Source of the DNA: a virus
Taxonomy: Duplodnaviria; Caudoviricetes
IMG/VR virus record: IMGVR_UViG_3300016467_000254
Coordinates: 1-27,673 of that record
Reading direction: 5' to 3' (one strand)
Length of the DNA stretch: 27,673 nucleotides
Shown here: positions 23,342 to 27,673 of the stretch, one piece after another
Position numbering within the stretch: position 1 is the first letter of the stretch
Layout of the letters: the number at the start of each line of letters is the position of its first letter
The notes under the pieces: generated by a model
The model's input: only the letters and a program-made list of their open reading frames with translations
What the model was told of the DNA's origin: nothing
Database searches by the model: none
Translations under genes and position numbers: made by a program

Positions 23342-24184
23342 TTATTGATTGTTTAACAAGTTTATTAATCTTTGTGCTGTTCTGCCCTGCCTACGGCTTA
23401 CCGTGTACGTCCTGCCAGCTTGTCCTATTGGCTTTCCATTGGAATCGCGCTTGATGCTGTAATCCAAGTGGCAGCGGCAATTAATTGTTTGATCAGGTGC
23501 ACCGTTCGGATCACCCGGATAAGAAAGGCCTGGCAGAAATTCTTCGTTCATGTCGACCTTCTTTGTGTCAAGTTGAACGTGTGCATGGCGGGTTCTGTTA
23601 TCATGCACTGCCACCCATTCCTTCCATGTTTGGAATCCCGTTTGCTGTGCTCCCATTTGCGCGCCGAAATTGATGGCTCTATTGGATTCAGTTCGTGCAA
23701 TCATACGCGCCCTCCATCCTAAAAACTGCGATGTTTCAACTTGTTGCACCAACCATTCTATGGAATAACCGTTAAGGATCATCTCATTTATCTTCTCTTC
23801 TATCATTTTGCGTGTAGTGGCCGTGATAGGTACTACTACTTTGTCCATGAGAAATAGAGAGAAATAATCGAGTATTTGCTGCGTCCAAGTGGCATTGAAG
23901 CCCATGTTCTTAGCTTGCCTTGATTCCTTGCGAAGCTGTTGATAGGTTTCACCTGCCTTAGCTTTCCCAGCGGCAAGGTAGAGCTTTTGAATGACCGGCC
24001 CAATATTGGCATTGATGAGCGTGGTTTGCATACGGTTCTGAGCAATGGCAAAACCGCTGCTTTTGATGTCAGCGGTAAATGCCTTCACTTGGCTAACTAA
24101 AGCCTTGTTGATGCGGTTGTAGAAAAGTTTTTCATACTTCCTCCTGAACCGCTCTGCCTTCCGTATCTTGTCCCTTCTGCTCAT
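23342..24184 (-). CDS. Minor head protein (SPP1 gp7 / Mu gpF-like)
   Basis: RARMIARTE, KEW...D.RTR..H and YPGDP......INCRC motifs. Confidence 0.88.
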   Translation of the reverse strand: MSRRDKIRKAERFRRKYEKLFYNRINKALVSQVKAFTADIKSSGFAIAQNRMQTTLINANIGPVIQKLYLAAGKAKAGETYQQLRKESRQAKNMGFNATWTQQILDYFSLFLMDKVVVPITATTRKMIEEKINEMILNGYSIEWLVQQVETSQFLGWRARMIARTESNRAINFGAQMGAQQTGFQTWKEWVAVHDNRTRHAHVQLDTKKVDMNEEFLPGLSYPGDPNGAPDQTINCRCHLDYSIKRDSNGKPIGQAGRTYTVSRRQGRTAQRLINLLNNQ

Positions 24185-24329
24185 AATACTTGAATAAATC
24201 TTTGATTTTTTCCGTCATCATGTGTCGCAGTCCGTTTTTCTCTATTCGTTTCAGCGGGCAATCCGTTTTCTTTATTGGGATGGCCTCGTTTACGATTTCT
24301 GTTATTTTATGAAGGTTCTCCGCTGTCAT
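24132..24329 (-). CDS. Hypothetical protein
   Basis: 65 aa filling the gap between portal and minor head gene, overlapping both. Confidence 0.6.
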   Translation of the reverse strand: MTAENLHKITEIVNEAIPIKKTDCPLKRIEKNGLRHMMTEKIKDLFKYYEQKGQDTEGRAVQEEV

Positions 24330-25737
24330 AATCTACCATTCCTGATCCAGTTAAGTCCGCTTGAATCTGTGCCAATTGTGCCTCGTCCATGCCCATCAAT
24401 ATTTCTTGAAGTGTTACTTTACCGCTATCCAACAAAATCAAATCCCTTGGCAAGTCGGCCGGTACGTCCAAATCCATCATTTCGAGCTTGTAGGCCTCAG
24501 GTACGGGCAATTGCTTTACCCACTCCCATTTGGCTGCCTTATCTTCCTGCAATTCTTGGAAGCAATCTAAATCGAAATCTATGTAAACATTTTCCCCTTT
24601 CAGCCCCCAATCGCTCTGAATCTTTCGGTTCAAGTGGTCACGGGTAGCGATTAAGTGAGGCACTACGCAACGTTGGGTAAGTGCTTTCTCTCCCTCCTTT
24701 TGATTGTTGTAGGTCTTATTTTCGGGATCGTTCAATAGCTGCGAAGGGATGCCCCAAATATTTGCAAGTCTTCGCAAGTCCAAATCTTCAGCCTTCAAGA
24801 TGTTCAAATCTACCACGCTATCGCCCACTTTAATGAATCCAACAGGGAAACCGCTGGTCGCAATCTTCCCGCTATTACCCGCTCCGCTGTATTCGGATGC
24901 TAAAACTTGCTTTACTGCCTTAGCTTGTGCCAAACCTTCCTCAGGTTGTATCCTGTCATCATTAACAAATAGGATGCCATCGGCTCCACCATTCTCAAAC
25001 TTGGCAGCGGATGCGGTTTTAGCGTAGTTATTACGAGTTAAGTTCTTTAATGCTGCCTTAAGCGGGCTTTGTCCGTACAAGTGCGACCCTTGCCAGTAAT
25101 ATTCAGGATTCCAATATTTTTCGTGCAATACTTGCTCACGGGTGAAGTTGAGCAGCTCGGTTGCCATCAATCGGTAACCCACTACCCTATTGGGAAATCC
25201 AAGTGTAGCGAGAATAGTCATATACTGAGCAGGAAGAGCTTGCAGTTCAATAGGCACCCCAGCATTGGCTCCCATATCCAGCATATTAGCCCACCAAAAC
25301 TTGTTACCGGTGAGCATCTTGTAAGCCGCTCCATTAGCCACGAAATCGCCAAATGTTTCGTTTTCGTTCGGCCATTGCAACAGCTCTGCCCATCTTGCTT
25401 GCCTGCTATTGTAGTTAGTGATCTCTTCCAGGGACTTCCTGCGATGCTTAGCTGCAGCGCGGTAATCTTTTGCAGCAAGCGCGGATTTGTACCGCTTCAT
25501 TTCTGCCTCATCAACGACCTTGTAAAGCTCCCATTCGGGCATCCGCAGCTTGTCAGTCACCAAATTAATAGCACTGTAAACGATGTCATTAGCCGCGTAT
25601 CCGTTCCGAATATAGTTTTCGGAAGTGTCAGCCATCCAAACAAGCGATCCATTGACGTATGCATAGGAACCGCTTCCCGTTGGAAGTGCTTGCTTTATGT
25701 TGAATAATTTGGCAACTGCCTTTTGTATCTGATTCAA
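24307..25737 (-). CDS. Portal protein (HK97 family)
   Basis: LL..PN, L.GN, LYGQSPL, FENGG, GIP..LL and YNN.KE motifs; follows terL. Confidence 0.92.
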   Translation of the reverse strand: MNQIQKAVAKLFNIKQALPTGSGSYAYVNGSLVWMADTSENYIRNGYAANDIVYSAINLVTDKLRMPEWELYKVVDEAEMKRYKSALAAKDYRAAAKHRRKSLEEITNYNSRQARWAELLQWPNENETFGDFVANGAAYKMLTGNKFWWANMLDMGANAGVPIELQALPAQYMTILATLGFPNRVVGYRLMATELLNFTREQVLHEKYWNPEYYWQGSHLYGQSPLKAALKNLTRNNYAKTASAAKFENGGADGILFVNDDRIQPEEGLAQAKAVKQVLASEYSGAGNSGKIATSGFPVGFIKVGDSVVDLNILKAEDLDLRRLANIWGIPSQLLNDPENKTYNNQKEGEKALTQRCVVPHLIATRDHLNRKIQSDWGLKGENVYIDFDLDCFQELQEDKAAKWEWVKQLPVPEAYKLEMMDLDVPADLPRDLILLDSGKVTLQEILMGMDEAQLAQIQADLTGSGMVDYDSGEPS

Positions 25738-26912
25738 GCTACTAATATTTTGAATTTAAACGCCCCTTGACTTGTAAAGATAGCGTATCTCAGCGCATCC
25801 GTGATGTGATCGTTTTCTTTTACCGGTTCATCCAGTACTTTTCCGTTCTTATCGGTCTTCCACTTGTATGTCTTGAGCTCATTCATCAGGTTTGAGCTGC
25901 TTCTTGTTACATACAGCGGCATCGATTTAACTTTCCTTATCCCCTCTGTCACGTCCTTATGTGCTGGTTTAGCGTTGAATCCAGCGCGAGTTAGCTCTTC
26001 TATCGTTTTAGGCTCCGCAGCGTCGCAATACAGCGTTTCTGTGCGTCCTATGCCTATTGATTTCAATCTTTCGATAAGGTCACCCGTTGTCAGCTTTGTT
26101 TGGTAGATTATTTCCTCCGCATAGTTGGCACCTTCGTAGTGTTCAAGCTTCACCAATGCGGTAGGCACGTTGTAGCCAAAGTCAAGGCCATAGCATACAG
26201 CACCTTTTCCTGGAAGCGCATCCGTCACCTTCCAATGGGTGTAGATTTGTTCTTGTGATGTGCCGCGTAGTCCAAGGCCAAACACCTGCCACATGACAGG
26301 ATCAGCTTCGCGGTAGCTTTCGATTACCTCAATTTGTGGCTTAGGAAGATTTGAAATATTGTTAAGGTAGGTTGAGTGAATAGTTACAGAATTATTACCG
26401 TCTGCAATATCATAACACCATACATCAAAATCAGAAGGGTTAAGGTCTAAAATTGACTTGTAGCGCGTCCTCATGTCCAGCTGATCAAACAACTGCTTAC
26501 TAATCATGTTGGCCTCATTGATATAAAGCACGTCACGCCCTGGGCCTCTTGCCTTGTCAGGGTCCTCAAGGCCTACAAATTCAATATATGATTTGTTTGG
26601 GAAGTTGTAAATGTGGTCGGTTTTATTGTGGTTGGATTCTTTGTAATAGCCCCAAACGTCCATAACCTCCAAAAAATCTCGCATTGCTCCACTTTTCAAA
26701 TGGGGGAGGGAGCGGCTAACTATGGTTATTTTGGTCCCCTTGTTCTTGATGGCATAGGATATAAGCACTTGAACAATGCTATACGTTTTCCCCGACCTTG
26801 ATCCACCCTCATTGACAATGTACCGCTTATCGGATAAGTTTAAAGCTTTCCAATTAGCGGCATACACCGGAGTAACTTTAACCTTTGGTAGTGACTGGGT
26901 GATTACTGTCAT
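25734..26912 (-). CDS. terL: Terminase large subunit (PBSX/SPP1-like)
   Basis: Walker A GGSRSGKT, Walker B LYINEA, LNP, YGLDFG and NDHITDALRY nuclease motifs. Confidence 0.95.
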   Translation of the reverse strand: MTVITQSLPKVKVTPVYAANWKALNLSDKRYIVNEGGSRSGKTYSIVQVLISYAIKNKGTKITIVSRSLPHLKSGAMRDFLEVMDVWGYYKESNHNKTDHIYNFPNKSYIEFVGLEDPDKARGPGRDVLYINEANMISKQLFDQLDMRTRYKSILDLNPSDFDVWCYDIADGNNSVTIHSTYLNNISNLPKPQIEVIESYREADPVMWQVFGLGLRGTSQEQIYTHWKVTDALPGKGAVCYGLDFGYNVPTALVKLEHYEGANYAEEIIYQTKLTTGDLIERLKSIGIGRTETLYCDAAEPKTIEELTRAGFNAKPAHKDVTEGIRKVKSMPLYVTRSSSNLMNELKTYKWKTDKNGKVLDEPVKENDHITDALRYAIFTSQGAFKFKILVA

Positions 26913-27255
26913 CTAATTCAATTATTAAACCTCCACTAATTTCTGTTTTTGATTCGCTATTTACTTTAGTAAGAGTCAAGGCCTCAAGTTCTTCAACGGT
27001 GGCCATTAGTTTGAATGCGGCAATTTGTAGCGTCGGGTTGTCGGAATCCTTCCAGTTCTTTCGTAGTTTCTTCTTGCTGCCTATTTTAACCTTGTTGATG
27101 GCCTCTTTTATAGGTTGCAATTCGTGCAACTGCCATTCATACAAGGTGCGCAAAGATGGCTCCACAAAAAGAGTAATCTCATCAAATTGAGTGATTTCCT
27201 CTTTAGGTATTAATTCCAAAATATCGGCAATTATCTTCTCTTTATCATATGCCAT
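26878..27255 (-). CDS. terS: Probable terminase small subunit
   Basis: 125 aa helical protein directly upstream of and overlapping terL; called by position. Confidence 0.65.
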   Translation of the reverse strand: MAYDKEKIIADILELIPKEEITQFDEITLFVEPSLRTLYEWQLHELQPIKEAINKVKIGSKKKLRKNWKDSDNPTLQIAAFKLMATVEELEALTLTKVNSESKTEISGGLIIELDDSNHPVTTKG

Positions 27256-27259
27256 ACAA

Positions 27260-27292
27260 CAAAACTAATACATTTCCAAAATATTCACCAAA
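27260..27292 (-). promoter_or_regulatory. Promoter of the packaging/late operon
   Basis: TTTG (27289-27292)-N21-TAGTTTTG (27260-27267), 4 nt before the terS ATG. Confidence 0.7.
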
Positions 27293-27469
27293 TTAATTTT
27301 CATTCACCTGCCCTTGCTGCACTTGTGACGCTGGCGGTGCTATGGGTTCCTGAACCATTGCCCTGATTTTAGCCCCCAGTTCCTGATCGTTCGGTGTTTC
27401 ATTGATCAGGCTTACTGGGATGGTGATGCTGTGGAGTTTCATGAAGAGGTGTTTTAGGAGTTTAAACAT
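27293..27469 (-). CDS. Small hypothetical protein (58 aa, not in ORF track)
   Basis: MFKLLKHLFMKLHSITIPVSLINETPNDQELGAKIRAMV...; PNDxELGxxIR motif seen in small phage proteins. Confidence 0.65.
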   Translation of the reverse strand: MFKLLKHLFMKLHSITIPVSLINETPNDQELGAKIRAMVQEPIAPPASQVQQGQVNEN

Positions 27470-27493
27470 GGGGTAAAGGTACTTATTTAGACA

Positions 27494-27673
27494 AAAGTTA
27501 CATGAAAGTTACAATAGTTACATGAAAGTTACACGAAAGTTACACGATAATTTTTTATAATTAACTGATAATCAAATAGTTAACTACCAAAGTTACAAAG
27601 TTACACGATTTTATAGGAAAATACATTCGTTACAGAAGTTACACTATATTATATATATATAATAATAATAATA
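27494..27673. repeat. Iteron-like GTTACA array with IHF-box and AT-rich tract; candidate replication origin
   Basis: Nine GTTACA copies at 27497, 27508, 27517, 27528, 27539, 27592, 27600, 27629 and 27638; AATCAAATAGTTA (WATCAANNNNTTR) at 27570-27582; pure AT end. Confidence 0.7.

Noticed and set aside
25069-25707. 212-aa + strand ORF, and the other + strand ORFs in the track
   Set aside because: Antisense shadows of well-supported minus-strand genes, with no motifs or initiation context.
27494-27645. CRISPR array
   Set aside because: Repeats are only 6-11 bp with no spacer-length unique sequences, and there are no cas genes.
1-27673. Alternative genetic code
   Set aside because: TAA, TAG and TGA all terminate full-length conserved genes; the single suspicious TAA at 619 is isolated.

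Overview
This window is a 27.7-kb fragment of a tailed dsDNA phage (siphovirus-type, HK97-like head), and essentially all credible genes lie on the minus strand. Read right to left it contains: an iteron/IHF-like origin candidate, terS, terL, portal, SPP1 gp7/Mu gpF-like protein, prohead protease, major capsid, a free-standing NUMOD4-HNH endonuclease, head-tail joining genes, tail tube, tail chaperones, tape measure, tail tip, a second tube-like protein, a modular tail fibre, and a lysis cassette (holins, unimolecular spanin, NlpC/P60-type endolysin) ending in a terminator. An early region follows, with small genes, a double MazG-like protein, a PAPS-reductase-like enzyme, a RecT-like annealase, SSB and a second HNH-like gene. 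Intergenic TTTG-N18-22-TAnnTTTG promoters and A-rich leaders without Shine-Dalgarno sequences point to a Bacteroidota host (inference). The most interesting signal is a candidate RNA-level regulatory layer. (i) A ~50-nt antisense sRNA (own + strand promoter and terminator, 3073-3165) has a seed complementary to an ACACACAAUG start motif shared by several early genes. (ii) A second candidate sRNA follows the endolysin. (iii) Both HNH genes share a promoter buried in a hairpin that sequesters their start codon. All family assignments come from motif recognition, not database searches.
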